From Podarcis liolepis (Eukaryota): 64,000 nucleotides of DNA. Under the pieces are notes generated by a model. It was given only the letters and a program-made list of their open reading frames with translations. It did not search any database and was not told the origin of the DNA. Positions 1-13,891 of this stretch are shown here, piece by piece. The stretch lies in assembly GCA_965112155.1 (NCBI GenBank), contig OZ218098.1; one strand, written 5' to 3'. The position numbers were made by a program, and so were the translations under genes. Numbering within the stretch: the first letter of the stretch is position 1; every line of letters starts with the position of its first letter.

Positions 1-3000
1 CTGTAAAATGGAGTGCAAGAGGCAAGGGTGCCAAATTTTAGCACTGCACAGGGCGCCACTAAAATTTGAGAGCCAAAAGTCTACCACTGGACCCACCAAC
101 CACTGGCATGTGGTACTTGAAAGTTGCCCAGAACCCCCAGTGGGCCAGACAATGTTTCCACTCCTCTGCTAATTGTCTTCACCCACTCCATCACTAATTC
201 TATGAATTTATTTTTCAGCCACGCAGTTCCACAACCTACTGTGTGATGAAGTCCAGACCTGGAACAATTTCACCTCCTCTGTTTGACTGCATTAATTAGT
301 CCTTAACTGTGCAGTTAGCGGAGGTTCACTGATAGAATTTTCCCCATCAGCTTCAGAAAATCCATTTTACCGCAGTGAGCTTCTCAACCCTAACTGCAAG
401 TGAGGTCTTGGGGAGGTGGAGGAAATCATAGTTTTGAAATACTGGAACACAAAGCAATTGTGCTGAAGCTAGAACTGTAACCCTAACCATAGCCATAACA
501 TTTATTTTGATGGTCTGCTATACATTGCCCATATGCAGTACTGAAAGCTTTTGCTTAAAAATGGGAACATTTTCAAGAATTCAGCACCACCACCAGCGGT
601 TTTTGGCCGTGTTGCATTACATTAATATCAGTCTTAGCTCTACATATGTAGAATCACATAAGGAATATATGAACTCCAAAAAATGCCCAACAAATGAAGT
701 TCTGATTCAAGCATCTCCAGCATCTGGAGTCATTAATGTGTTACTGCAGTGTGTCTTGACATATTAAGCCTATATGTCATTTCTCATGCATTTTTGACGG
801 GACGAAATGTGGAAGAATGCAAATGTTTGCCTTGAACCCACCGTTTAATACCGGGGTATAATTGTCGCAGTCCTGCACCAGCTGTTCTTTAAAGGCCGTT
901 TTGTGACGAGGACAGTTGGCTCATGTTCCCGTTTCAGAGAAATCCAATGTAATATAAAATGCCAGCAATATTTTTGGTCCACCTAACCTTTATGCTCCTT
1001 ACCACACTAAAACGGAAGCTAGAAATATTGCAAACCAAGCACTTCCCTTGAAATTCTATTGATGTTACAGAAATGAAACTTTCCTGAACAGGATATATAG
1101 TCACTGTAAAGAACATATTCAAGAACTGAACATTTGGGAAGAAATGACATGAGTTTGCATCCATTGAATATATGCCTGTCATGGACAAGACAAATTCATA
1201 GTGGAAATAAAACTAGACTGGTAGGTAATCTGCTCATTATTTCTTTGTGGTAGGAGGCAGGGAGAAAAGTATTGGAGTGGCATGATGCCATTTCCAATAC
1301 CCACACCCACACACTGCAGGTGAATGGAAGCACCATACAGAAACAGGTCTACTATGGCTTGGGCCATTTCTAGACAGCTTCTATTTTGGTGTGGGATTCA
1401 GTCATAGTGTCCAATTCCGTTTGCACAATTGAAGTTGATTTGGAGCTCTCACGCAGCAAGCCCGTTTCTCCCAAAAGATCGGGATTTTTGCAAGAAGGAA
1501 AGTGATGGGAAAATGCAATGTGAGATATCACTGGCTTTGACACAACATAGCCCTGCAAAGAAATTAAGAGTGGATGCTGATTAAATAGGCAACATCACCT
1601 AATCACCCTGCTGACAAATTGGGCTGAATGCTCAGTAAGCAGGTCATCTGGAATGTGGGATGTACTCAGAAGACCATCGTATTTGAAGTCACAGATGTTC
1701 TCACAGGACCAAGCTGGCTAGTAAATTTGGGCTAATGTGAGAGGATTTTCCACATGGTTCATCTTTCTCACTTGAGCAATGTGAAATTTTTTGGGGGGGG
1801 GAGTACCAAAAAACCTAAAATATTAAAAACTTGTCACAACTGTTTTAAGACACTCTGGTTAAACAAATCTGAAAGATAAGCAGGGTCCAGTTAAAAATAA
1901 CAGAGCACTGTTAAGTCTCACACTGTATTGTACCTAAGTATTAAGCCCCCTATGGCACAGGGCTGGGTGAAAGAACAAAGCTTGCAAAAAAATAATAATC
2001 TCAGACTTGTCAGTAGTGAGATTTTAGCTTACCTGTGTTAGTGTTTTGTGATATAGCCATCTCAATTTAAACCTGCTTCCTGCAAGCCATGTGCTGTCAA
2101 TATGGAGTCTATCAGCAGTGTGTACTTGACCAGCAGCGTGCTGCCGCTTCCCGACAGTTCACTGCATGCCGTTCGCTCCTTTAAACAAACGCTCTCCACA
2201 TATCACCAATTTCAAATTGGTCCTTGTGAAAATCTGAAGCCATATCCCTTTTTCTGAAATGGACTAAATCCTGCTCCATTTCCACACACACTCAGTCTCA
2301 GACCTACAATAATATTTTAATTTGAGGAACCCTTCTCCCGCCAAGTTGTCTTATTTTGGCCTGTAAGACAACGTTAATCCTGAAGGCAGCATTGCTCCAA
2401 TGCGCTTGCTGATATACTGTATCAGGGTGAGGTGCTGGCAGATCAATGATTGTAAGTTGGAACACAAAAAGCACAAGCATTCATCCTCTTCCCAAGCGAA
2501 ATTTAATTGTGTGTTTGTTGTTTTGCATTGACCTACCAAAGCCAGACAGTTCATAATACTTGCTAGTCAAGTGAAGACTTTCATAACTGCTTGTTTACAG
2601 TAGCCAATTTGTTATCCTATATATATTATTAGAATGTTTTGGCATGGCATCTCAATAGACTGGGAAGCCATAATGCTTTCTATAGTAACCACTATTCACA
2701 CCTTTAGAAGGAAAAGGCAAAAATCAGCAGTCAGGGGACAGTTACTGTCAAAGTTGCCACATTTTATAAAAATCTTACAATCATCTAGCACTCATCTAGC
2801 ACCTTGAAGTCTTGTGCAAAAACTCAAGAGGACACAATCTGCAAATATGACCAGAACCTGGCCAATTAGTTATATCAATATTAGTAGAATTACACAACAT
2901 ATTCCTGGAACAGACTGTGCCTTTTACATGCCAATTCCTTAATATGGTAGCCATCAGCAGCAATATGTAATTGCATGGTTATTCATTATTTTCACCAGCC

Positions 3001-3296
3001 AATTTCAACATTACATCTGTCACCACAGAATGTATCCTACGAAACTATAGATCAGAGAGCCTCATCCACATAATACCTTCAGGTGTCCTGACCAGCTGTA
3101 CTTCGGAGCAGCTGAGTTGCAATTTCTTGTCCAGGAATGACCAAACAGTTCCAAATAATAAATTGCTCAAACCAATTCAGTGCATATTTATAACTGCAAT
3201 TTGAGTCGAAACATCTTATGCCCACTTTTCCAAGGCCACTGTGGTGCAGTAGGGCTGAAAAGCTGGACATAGGTGCCCAATCAACCACGAGGCTCT

Positions 3297-3322
3297 TTTG
3301 TTTGTTTGTTTGTTTGTTTGTT
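3297..3322 (+). repeat. (TTTG)n microsatellite
   Basis: Read directly from the sequence. Confidence 0.9.
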
Positions 3323-3371
3323 ATCACCCACCACTTCACTCTAAGGTCCCAGGGTGGGTATTTACACAATA

Positions 3372-4332
3372 CAGTGGTACCACGGTTTTCAAACAGCTTA
3401 GTTCACTTGGAATTCCAACAACGCAAACCCGGAACTAGGTGTCCCGGTTTGCAAACTTTTTTCGGAATCCAAACGTATCCAGTTTGAGTGTTACACTTCC
3501 TTTTTCCAGGGGCACACTTCAGTTTTGAGTGCCCCCGCTCCTGCTTGCACTTCTCCACTGCGGGGTGCATAGCTGCGTTCACCTCAACAGAGAAGTTTAA
3601 AGGAGCATAGCATGGCAATTTTGAGACAGCTCGACAGCTGCCTCAGCAGCAGTTTAGGGGCTCTCAAATGCAGCTGCCAGCCTGTCTCCACCTTCACCAC
3701 CCCGGCAACTATTCCACCTGGCTGCCTTCAGGTGGTGCAGGGGCTCTGATGCTGAGGTAGAGGCTCCTTTAAACTTCTCCCTTGAGAGGAGTGCAGCCCC
3801 AGACCCCTCAATGGGAAGTGTGAGGGTGCCTGCACTTCTCCCAGGTGAGCTGCCCCATCCAGCTCCTACTCCCATGCAAGCAGGAGCTGGCTGGGATCTC
3901 TCCGCTGGGAAGCGGAGGTTTAGCGCTCCCCAGCTGAGTATTCAAAATTAAAATGGAAACTATCCAGAAAACCACAAAGGCAACGAACTTGCAACTCATG
4001 AAAAGAAGCAACGCAACAAATTGAAAAAAGCAAACCAACCGCAAATGAATCAGAATCACAAAGCATAAAACAACACTGAGCCTAACCCTAATTCTAATCC
4101 TTGCCCTAACACTAACCCAATCCTAAAATTAACCCTAACCCTAACCCAGAAATGTTCTTGTTAGATGGTACAAATCATGCTAAAATGGCTGTTTTAGGGG
4201 TTGTTTTTAAAAAGTCTGTAACGGATTAATCCATTTTGCATTACTTTCTATGGGAAAGCGCACCTTGGTTTTGGAACGCTTTGGCTTTAGAACGGACTTC
4301 TGGAACAGATTTTGAGAACCAAGGTACCACAG
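3372..4332. mobile_element. Long non-autonomous Tc1/mariner-type element with unrelated internal sequence
   Basis: TA-cagtggtacc...ggtaccacag-TA. Subterminal regions resemble the 11922 MITE. Confidence 0.7.
4080..4147 (+). repeat. Degenerate telomere-like (CCCTAA)n tract
   Basis: cctaaccctaattctaatccttgccctaacactaacccaatcctaaaattaaccctaaccctaaccc. Confidence 0.75.
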
Positions 4333-4594
4333 TACTGAGATTTATACCACACTTTTCAATCAATTCCCAGGGCATCTTACAAGGAAGCAAAAATTACATT
4401 TCACACACACACAAAAACCTAGCACCATTTTAAAACAGCAGCATGAAAGCAAACAAAGGTAGAAGCATGGAAGAATCAAGATTTCTCTTGGTAAGGCTAA
4501 AATGGCATTCCAAGCACCTTAAGGGGACATGAGGGAGTGAACATATGGGGTGGGATTTCCCCTGAAGACACTCAAAGCAGCATAGATCGTGTTC

Positions 4595-4710
4595 CCTATC
4601 TTATTCTCACAATAAACCTATAAGGTAGTTGAGGCAGAGTGCAACTAGTGATCCCCATGGAGGATTTGAACCTTGGTCTCCATTGTCTGTCCAAGACTCT
4701 AAACCACAAT
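4595..4710 (-). mobile_element. Fragment of the same CORE-type SINE
   Basis: Reverse box B (ggatttgaacc) and a body resembling the reverse complement of 33185-33330. Confidence 0.5.
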
Positions 4711-4946
4711 AGCTGTCTTGTATAGCATTACGTGTAAGTTCAATGTATGTGAAGATGCAGATCAACAAAATTCTGAGTGCACTGACATTCTAGCCACTAT
4801 CGACACGTTTTCATTAAGAAAAAGGGTTTGAGAATTATATCACATCTTAGTAGTTCAGCCAATGTCTATGAGTTTTTTAGATTGGAAAGTAGCAGTCAAT
4901 CTTTTTTTCAGTAACGGCTACTCACACATTTTTGTGAACATCTGTA

Positions 4947-5162
4947 CAGTGGTACCTCAGGTTACAAACACTTCAGGTTACAGACTCTGCTAACCCAGAA
5001 ATAGTACCTTGGTTAAGAACTTTGCTTCAGGATGAGAACAAAAATTGTGTGGTGGCGGCGCGGCAGGCCACATTAGCTAAAGTGGTACCTCAGGTTAAGA
5101 ACAGTTTCAGGTTAAGAATGGACCTCCAGAACGAATTAAGTTCTTAACCAGAGGTACCACTG
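4947..5162. mobile_element. Tc1/mariner-type MITE
   Basis: TIRs cagtggtacctc/gaggtaccactg with TA target duplications. Closely related to 51565-51806. Confidence 0.9.
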
Positions 5163-6809
5163 TACACATAAGCGTTCTGTACACATCAGATGCATGTGTT
5201 GAGTGCACCCTCCTACGACAGCATGTCATGTTCACCCAAATGACCCAATGTAAGGTTGGACGGTGGCGAGAACTCAGTAATTGCCCCCCCCCCCCCCGTG
5301 CTTAAACAGAGAGGAAATTATATAGTACTTTTGATGAAGTGGAATTCAGGGCATACATTTCTTCAGTACATGCTGTAGTGAGCTTTCACAATTTTATGAA
5401 GAATGGTTTTTTCATGTTTTTATGAGACCAGAAAAGGGTTCCAACAAATAGCTTTTAACTATCAACAAGAAAACTACTGTGAGGTAATTTAGTCCACATG
5501 CATTTTCCAGTTGCTTGGGTTTGCACCCATTGTTGGCAACTACCAGGAAGTTGCAGGCAAACCTGAGTGCCCTGGGTTCAACCAAAGCAATAATTCATTC
5601 CTTCTGTCCATTCAGATGAGTGAACTTTTGATATTACATAATATGACTGAGGGTACCAAACACAAAGTAATAACCCAGCGAAAGTAATAACTAGGGAACT
5701 TGAGACTGATTTTCCTACTCAAAAAGACAAAGAGGGTAGGTCAGATTTGAAGGGACAGCCCTCCCTATTCCAGCCAATGTCAATTTGCAGTTTCCTAAGT
5801 CCAGAGAAGGGAAAGCTGCCCAAGACAAGTGCATTTCTGCCATGAAAATTTGGGGGAAATAGCATGAGTTAGGCTAACACAGAATGCCAGAGAAAAATAA
5901 ATAAATAGTGGCCAAACATGCAAAAGCTTATAAGCCCATGAGCTCCAACGACAAATTTAAAAAATGACATTTTTGGTTTACGTATCTATCAATGGAGCCA
6001 CTACTTGCTTTGTGTATAAAAAATTCAATTATAAAAGTCAAATTATCTTCAAAAGTCTGCTGATTTTTGTATCATGGTTATTTCACGAATTAAAATTAAA
6101 TGAGTGGAAATAATTTCTTTTTGATGGGCGCCTCACATATTGCAGCCTTAACAGAAAACAAATCTTCAGCAATGTGAAGTTTCAGTAGAAGTGTAAGAAA
6201 CACATGCATAGAAGTCCTATCTTAGTTAACAAGAATGGCAAATTTAAAGGATTTATGTCTGTCATGTTTTTTCAACAAGTTATCAGGGTAGCATATAACC
6301 AAAAATAAATCATATTTAGCCTGTAACCTATTGGGTTGGATCCAGACTTGCATAGAGCCAAACAGGTGTTTCTGTGGGTCAAATGCTATTTTCTGGCTGT
6401 TCTGCAGGGGCCTTCTATCTGCCAAAAGCCTGCTATGGAGGGTTGGGGAACACTCAAGAAAGTATGTGAGATGGTGCTGATAGCTGCTATAAGGAAGTGA
6501 TTTCACAAAAAGCAGCCCCTTTCCTCCAGCGGCAGGAAGATCCACTAGATCTCAAATGCTTTTATTTGTGGAAGGGCAAGTCTGGATCCACTCCACTGTG
6601 TTCTCCTCTTCATCAATGTACATATAAATCTTGCTCATCTATATTAAAAAGTAGATGTTCCTCTCTCCCAAATTGTCATACTACATTTAAATATGGTAGC
6701 CTAAAACTAATGCTTTACAATTTGTTAAAAGTAAATTTCAAAAACACCCATTGCAGAATTTCACCATTGTTTGCCCTTCAGAAGTTGAATATGCAACTAA
6801 ACATTATAC

Positions 6810-9800
6810 ACAGTAGGCATCTTAATGTTTTATTCATTGCATTCTGCATACAGATAAGCTTCACCGATATTTAATTCACTGTAGCATTCTGTAGGTGGTG
6901 TGACAAGATTACATGAATTATAAAGAACTTTAAAAGTATATATATATTCAGCTGATATAGCATCACAGTTACTGTAAAAAAAAAAAAATCACAATGGAAG
7001 CTAAGGCCTAATTTTTAAAGTTCTCCAATTAGTTCATTTCTTTACCATTTTAAAGAGAGATTAGAAACTAAACTCCAGTACCTCAAAAATAAACAAGTCA
7101 ATGGTAGTTTCTAGCGACCAGTATTCAAGTAATGCAGAAAACATACAATGAGAAAAATTGTTGCTCTTCATTAAAGTTGTATACCTATTTACACTATGTT
7201 AAAATCCTTAAAGTTGAGTGTAATGTAAAAATAATCTGTAAAACATCATTTAATATAAAATACCACTTATAATGTATTATGTGTGAGACTAAACATACTC
7301 ATAAAATGTTCAAATACGCATTAGACACACAACAGAATGATGCTAAGCACAGCTATTTAGAAATAAGTCCCACCAACTTCAATGGGCCTGACTCCCTAGT
7401 AACTAAGCTCAGGATCATAGACTAAGGCTATAATCCATGTCACTGATTCTCAATGGAATTTGCTCAAGCACAACTGTGCCAAGGACTGCAGCCCAAACTG
7501 TTTATTTCAGAAACACACAGAAAATAACAAAGGTCAGTATGAAGCATGAGGAAATCAAACTGACAACTGTTGAGCACTGTTCACATTACTGTAACTGACC
7601 AAATTCACAATATCAACAAATTGTCTAGGACCTGAAACATGGGGGCAGGGAGTAAGCGATAAAGGATTGTTTCACTAGCCAAAATGAGCAAGCCAAACTG
7701 CGGGATGAGTAATCATTCTGTGTAGGACAGCTGTTTGTAACATCTATGACATGCATAGGATTCTCACAGATTATGAGGGGCACTTGGCCTCCAAAGACCA
7801 CGTGTGTCTGATTTGCCTCCTGTTTTCACTTAACAACCAAATGTTTTAAGCGGGTATGTGTGTATGAAAAGCTGCTAAAGCAAAAAAACGACAGGCAAAA
7901 GAAAAGTGGGTTGCTGAAAGCCTTCTGAGTAGCATCTGTAGTGCTTTAATTTCAACGTAAAGATCACAGAAGGAGCAAGTAGGTGACACATGCAAGTATT
8001 TTCTGAAGTGTTAACAAAGCTTGCAACCTAGGGGCACCATTGAGTTTTACATAGCAGCAGGGAGTGCTAAAGTTGCCTTCAGATTATGGGATATGCAGAT
8101 ACAGACATACTTGTGCATTGTTGTATGCCCTGTGCATTGCTGTAAGGCTGCCTTCTCCACCCCAATGCCCTGCAGGTATTTTGGACTACAGCGAGCGCGC
8201 ACCATCCCTCATCGTGCTGGATGGAGTTGATGGAAACTGGAACCCAAAACATCCTGGCAGGCACAAGGTTGTGAAAGGCTGCTTTGATGTGACAGCCATG
8301 ACGGTGGATCATATTCTAGGCCAACTAAAGAACAGCAATCTAACTGGTTATAGGATAAGCAGAAATTCCTAACAAAAATAGGTTGTTTCAAATAGTTGTC
8401 TATAACGACTTGAAAACAAGTTCTGCAAACCTATCTGATAGGTAATAAAATAGTTTATCAACACGGTGAACTAAAATACACTAGCTTACAAAAAAATTGA
8501 ATTCTAAGTGGAAAAACGAATCTCAACTCTCATTCTGTTAGACAAATTCTTTAAATGGATATGAATGAAAAATGTAAGCCTACTTGAAATAGAAATAAGC
8601 TTTTTCTGTACAGTTTGATGCTTTTGTTTAAACCATCTATAGTAGAAAAATAAATTCTTTAGCAACCTAGAAACAGTTTATAAAACTCTTGAAGTTTAAT
8701 TTTTTTTCTTAACATGCCTATGTTAAACTGATAGCTATAAATAAAAGCTATTTAGACAACAGATGTAATGTAAAACAAGTTAATGCTACTACGTTTATAG
8801 GACGAAATTTTATTCTTGTATTTATATCCTGTGTGCTTTGAATTTGAATAGGGGGTTTTTGTGGTTGTTATTTAAAAAAGATAGTTGCAAGAATATAACA
8901 CAAATATCAAGATAATTTATAATATACAAATACTTAACAGCAGCCTGTTTAAGGAATCTTAGCTAGAATGATAAGCCAAGTCATAATTGGAAGTACAATA
9001 CCTAGGACATAACAATTGAAAAAGGCAATTTTTATTTTTGAGAAATGGAGCAAAACTCTTAAGAAACTTAATTCTTAAAATGAAAATGCAGATCAATTCT
9101 TAAGAAGGTTGAAATTCAAAATTGTTCTACTTGCTATATTAGATAGCAAACTGAATGAAAATTACAATAGTGTCTACAAGGTTTTCCCATCTACTCAAGA
9201 TATCTCAGCAGCTGAAGAAATCAGGGGTTGTTGATTTTTTGAGCAAGAAAGAAACTCAAAAAATAATTTTAGGATCTGCAATAATTTGTTGCATGATAAT
9301 TAGCCTTCTATCACATTTACTGAACACCAAAGATTAACCAAGGATGTTTAAATTAAGCAGCATTCTTTTACAGCAAAACTTGTACCAATGTAAAAGAAAA
9401 ATAATTTTAAAATGGTGCAAAAACAGTAATTTTGAATTTTAGTACAACAGATCACAGAAAGAAAACCACATGAATACAAGTATCATTTTATGTACATATT
9501 AAGATGCTTCAGTACCCAAAGTATTTATTGCTATATATTAGCAATGCTTTTTTATACCTTTAAAGGGCCACAGAAAAATATATATAGCGTATATGTTAAA
9601 TTTAAGTCCTAAATCGTTTGGTTTAGCAAGTTTACACTACAACAAAATTTTCATTTATGTATGAAAAGTTATATAGCCTTATATGAAAATGTCAAACTAT
9701 TTTCTATATACTAGATGAATTCCCAATGGGAAAAATTAAAATTTCTAAAATATATTAGATTAGGTTTACAAGACCATCAATGATCTTTCAAACATGCAGC

Positions 9801-10561
9801 TGTTTACAGAATTAACAGTATTACAAAATAAGGGAAAAATAGGTAATAGCAACATTTTTGCACAATGGTTAAACTCACTTTTACAATAAGCATGTCCTTG
9901 GTATTGTGCTGTAAGAAAAAATAATTTTATCAACCCCTCAAACAAAAATGTCCACAGGTTTCTTGAAGAGAAATGGAAGGTACAAGAGTGTGGTATTTAT
10001 AACAGTACAGCTTATGTTCTTTCTGAAACAAATTGTACTGTAGCAGAAGTAGTTTGAAATTTACAAATAAGATACAACTCTATTTTAGCTGTCCACAGCA
10101 AAGGGTTAAATGGGAATGAAACTGCCAGGAAAAAAGGACATTAAATAACAAAAACAGCCCTAAAGCAGGCTGTAAGCATTGAATGTTCCATAAATGATTT
10201 ATTTAATCATTACATTTCTATAGAAAAGTTTTATTCACAATATATTGTGACAAACTGTCACAGGAATGATAGTGATTGCAATAAATGTTCATGCAACAGC
10301 AGCTTTGCACTTTAGTTATTTCTGGTTCTGTTTTTTTAAATTAAACCGCTCCAGTCATGCTAATCAGATAATTTTGACCTGCAGTGTTTAAGAAACAAGG
10401 AGTATAGTATGACTATAACAGAAAGGTCTGAGCTTGAATCCAGATGTTGTCATAAGTACTATCGTTGCTTTTGTATCTTGAAACATGCATGTCTAGTTTT
10501 CCTTTTCTATCCAATGCCAAGCTGCCTACAATCATCTTCTTTTTGCTATCAGTTGTTATAT
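6810..10561 (-). other. ARHGAP5: Putative long ARHGAP5 3' UTR
   Basis: AT-rich and largely repeat-poor. Minus-strand AATAAA occurs at 10230-10235, 10198-10203, 9524-9529, 8809-8814 and 6829-6834, the last followed by a GT-rich tract. The distal end is uncertain. Confidence 0.6.
6829..6834 (-). terminator. Candidate distal poly(A) signal AATAAA
   Basis: Canonical hexamer near the end of the AT-rich block, with a downstream U/GU-rich sequence (gtgtataatgtttagttg) on the minus strand. Confidence 0.45.
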
Positions 10562-10892
10562 TTAAATAATCCCAAGAGGATCTGCTTGCAACTGGGGTTG
10601 TATCAACTGAGGTTGTAGAGGTGGCGGTAACTGTAGTGGTATGATGGGATCCACCATCTGCACTGGGTTGGAAGGTGGAGGCTGGTGTGCCACACTGTCA
10701 GAGGTTTCTAAAATTTCTCCATTATAGAAGAAAAACTGGCACTGTTGAATGAATGTCTCTATTACGGATTGAAGGATCTTGGTGGTTGATAGAAACTCTC
10801 TGTTTTCAAAATCAGGTCTCATTAATGTTGGCCAGAAACAGATAGATAAGTTATCTGCAGTCATAAGATTGGTTCTGCTTTGTTGACTAACC
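10562..10892 (-). CDS. ARHGAP5: ARHGAP5 last coding exon ([26 protein letters not shown]...LQADPLGII*)
   Basis: Acceptor is ttgttgtag|GGTT. Encodes the GAP C-terminal [16 protein letters not shown] motif and Pro/Gln-rich tail. TAA is at 10564-10562. Confidence 0.97.
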
Positions 10893-11674
10893 CTACAACA
10901 AGAATAAAAATGTTGAAAGCATTAATCGTTCATAAATCAAAATTAAGAAGATAAAAGTAAGTGCATTTAAAAATACTCCACACAATTTCTTTAAAACATC
11001 CAGCAACAGCAACTTTTAGATATAGGATCTGGTTAAACATTACATCCAGAATGCAGGATGAAAGAGAATTAGTCTTGGACTTGTGTCTACCCACACCCAT
11101 TCTCCCCAAGTGAACATTACTACCACATACAGTTTTATACAAGAACTCCATGGATCTGCTTTGTATCTGCATGGATTGCTAGATCGCAGAGATCTATTAA
11201 CATCTACCCAGAAAGAATGGGTTGGTGTTAATAAAACATGGGAATGTTTTTATCATGCATGTTAAGTTTACCCATCAAAACCCATAGCTCAAAAATAGAA
11301 GTAACATTTACTTACTACAATATGCATCCACATACATCCATACAGAACACTAGACACTAACAATGTGTTAAAGGAATACTGCAGACAAAGCTTTCTAGTG
11401 GCGTTATCAGTTTTCAAACCAATGTTGCATGTGGTCATGGGTGTCATTGGCATAAATACCATTGTACATATCACAGAACAGCAGTTTAAACAGGGCAAAA
11501 TGGTATAACTAACTATTCCTTATAAATATTAACAAACAGTGAAATCCTCTGCATGTATAGTCAAAAGTAAGGTATGCTAAGGCCAATGGGATTCACAACA
11601 AGGTATATGTGTATAGGATTGCAGCCTAAATTCTATTACCAATCATTTAAATGGATAATTTGAAAAACAAATAC

Positions 11675-11780
11675 CTGTTCAGATGAGTTATTACATATCT
11701 GAAGACATCGTAGTTCACTGGATGGAATTTCTTCACAATTTCTTTTAATTCATAGAGCCTCTCTGTTTTATCAAGGATTT
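11675..11780 (-). CDS. ARHGAP5: ARHGAP5 exon 6 (106 nt; KILDKTERLYELKEIVKKFHPVNYDVFRYVITHLNR)
   Basis: Boundaries are tcttctgcag|AA...AACAG|gtattt. In frame with both neighbours. Confidence 0.97.
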
Positions 11781-11921
11781 CTGCAGAAGAAAGGATTTTT
11801 TTTGCCAAATATTGAAAAAGGCTTTGAATGTGAACAGTATTAACAAAACTGTGAAGTTAAACAATGGCCCTCTGTTGATCAAGTATTCTGTGCTGTCAGC
11901 TTCTCACCCTCCTTCCTCATA

Positions 11922-12162
11922 CAGTGGTACCTCGGTTTAAGAACAGCCCTATTTACGAACTATTTGGTATATGAGCTCTGCAAAACCAGAAATAGTGTTC
12001 CGGTTAGTGAACTTTACCTTGGTCTATGAACGGAAGCCAAATAGTGGAAGGGCACCAGCAGCAGGAGGCCTCATTAGGGGAAGCGCGCCTCGGTTTAAGA
12101 ACGGTTTCAGTTTAAGAACCGACTTCCGGAACGGATTAAGTTCATAAACTGAGATACCATTG
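11922..12162. mobile_element. Tc1/mariner-type MITE (related subfamily)
   Basis: TA-cagtggtacctc...gagataccattg-TA. Confidence 0.85.
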
Positions 12163-12399
12163 TATAGGCTAATTTTGAGAGAGTTGAGAGAGAAAGAGAG
12201 GCAGCAAAAAATGCTAGGGACTGTTTCAATTTGAAAATGCTCAAAAGTAGAGTCCCTCTCTCAGAGACTTCTAAAAACACAGCAAAGCAGTGTACACCAT
12301 ACAGAAGATACAATGAAATAAAAATATCAATAAAACGTTTTAAAAATCCTTAAGTACTGGTTGCTGTAAAATAAATTCACTTTTCAAAGGCATATCTAC

Positions 12400-12750
12400 T
12401 AAACAACACTGTTTTTAGGTGATTTCTTAAATAAAGGCAGGAATGATTCCTGTTGAATCTGTACTGGCAGGGAGTTTGACAGTACAGGGCCTGCCACATT
12501 ATAGGTCCTTAAAAGTATTTTGGGCCCAAGTTGTTTGGGGTTTTGTGCATTAACACAAGAACTCTGAACCTGGCCCAGTAGCAAACTGGCAACCAGTGCA
12601 GCTCTCTCAGCAACTGGGTAACATGTTGCCAATTGCCTCCTCCTGTGTGCAGTCTGGCTGCTACATTCTGCACTAGCTGCAGCTTCTGTAAAAGATACAA
12701 GGATAGTCCCACATAAAGAGCATTACAGTAGTCAATCTTGAGATTACAAA
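12400..12750 (-). mobile_element. L2-type LINE fragment (intron 5)
   Basis: KLQLVQNVAARL...LRELHWLPV peptide, typical of the L2-clade ORF2 C-terminus. Confidence 0.8.
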
Positions 12751-13891
12751 TGCATGAATGAACATGTATTAAATGCTTTTATTGATTTATAGGAAGGCAG
12801 TACTGAAGCCACAAAATATTCTTACAGCATATTTTTTAGAGAACAAGCATATAGACAAGCGAGTGGATTCTCAAATGCAGGTAGCAACCTGGGTTCTTGC
12901 CTAGGGATTGGTGGGGCTGAGAAAGAAGATGCTCAACTGGTACTCCAAATAATGTTGATAGGTTTTTGTGAGTATATCCAGGCAAGGGGGCAGGCAAGTT
13001 TCATAAAGTTTGAAACTATGTGTACAGAATTTTAGAACACTTATTCACAGTGGAAAGTTCCACAAATGTGATTCTTATTCATAGATGAATGTATTAATTT
13101 GTTCAGATGATAAACACTACAAAACCTATTAGAAATCTCTCTAATTACCACACTCACTATTATAAAATGGCGGCATAAGTTATCTTTACAGATAAATTAC
13201 AGGGAACTGTAAAATTCAGCTTTGTGGAAGAGCTGCTAGCAATATTTTTAAATGCTTTAGTAGGATGCGTTTTACTAACTCTTGTTTTCAGTAAAATCCC
13301 TGGAAAGTGAAGTCAGCAGTAAGTTATAAAGGATGTTGCTTCCTCATGTAATTCTACATTTAGCTATAAAATGGCAAAGATCTGTGCTTTTAAACAGCAT
13401 GCATGGTTTTTTGCATGGGTGGCAGAAGTTTTCACATATATTCACAAGCACCAATCTTTGCTTTTCAGAGAAGACAGCTGGGAATGTTACATGCTTATGG
13501 TTTTCTGAAGTGCAGCAACTATGTGTTATGTAGCCATAATAGACAGACAACTATCACCAATGAATTTTACTTCAATATTTATCACTATAAGCAGATTTTC
13601 CTATTTATTGGAATTTTCCAAAGATATTCAGAAACAAAATATATTCCAGAAGACTGGGAGTGGGTTCCACTCACTGAACACTCCTGCTAATGGAAAGACA
13701 ATTTTAACCAATTTTTGTTTCCCTCATGAGCTACTTGCACCCACAGAAGTAAAAAATCTGCTCTGCAGTGGAGTGGGGGCCTTTGGAACAACATGGAAGA
13801 TGGCTTGGAAGGCTGCCAAGCGAATAGAAATCAGCAAAAATAAATCTCCTGACTTCTATGTGCCACAAAAGAAAAAAAAAGAATTGCTTAC

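Noticed and set aside
6810-10561. Individual miRNA seed matches in the 3' UTR (e.g. 9415-9421, 9356-9363)
   Set aside because: 7-mers are expected by chance in 3.7 kb and cannot be supported without conservation data.
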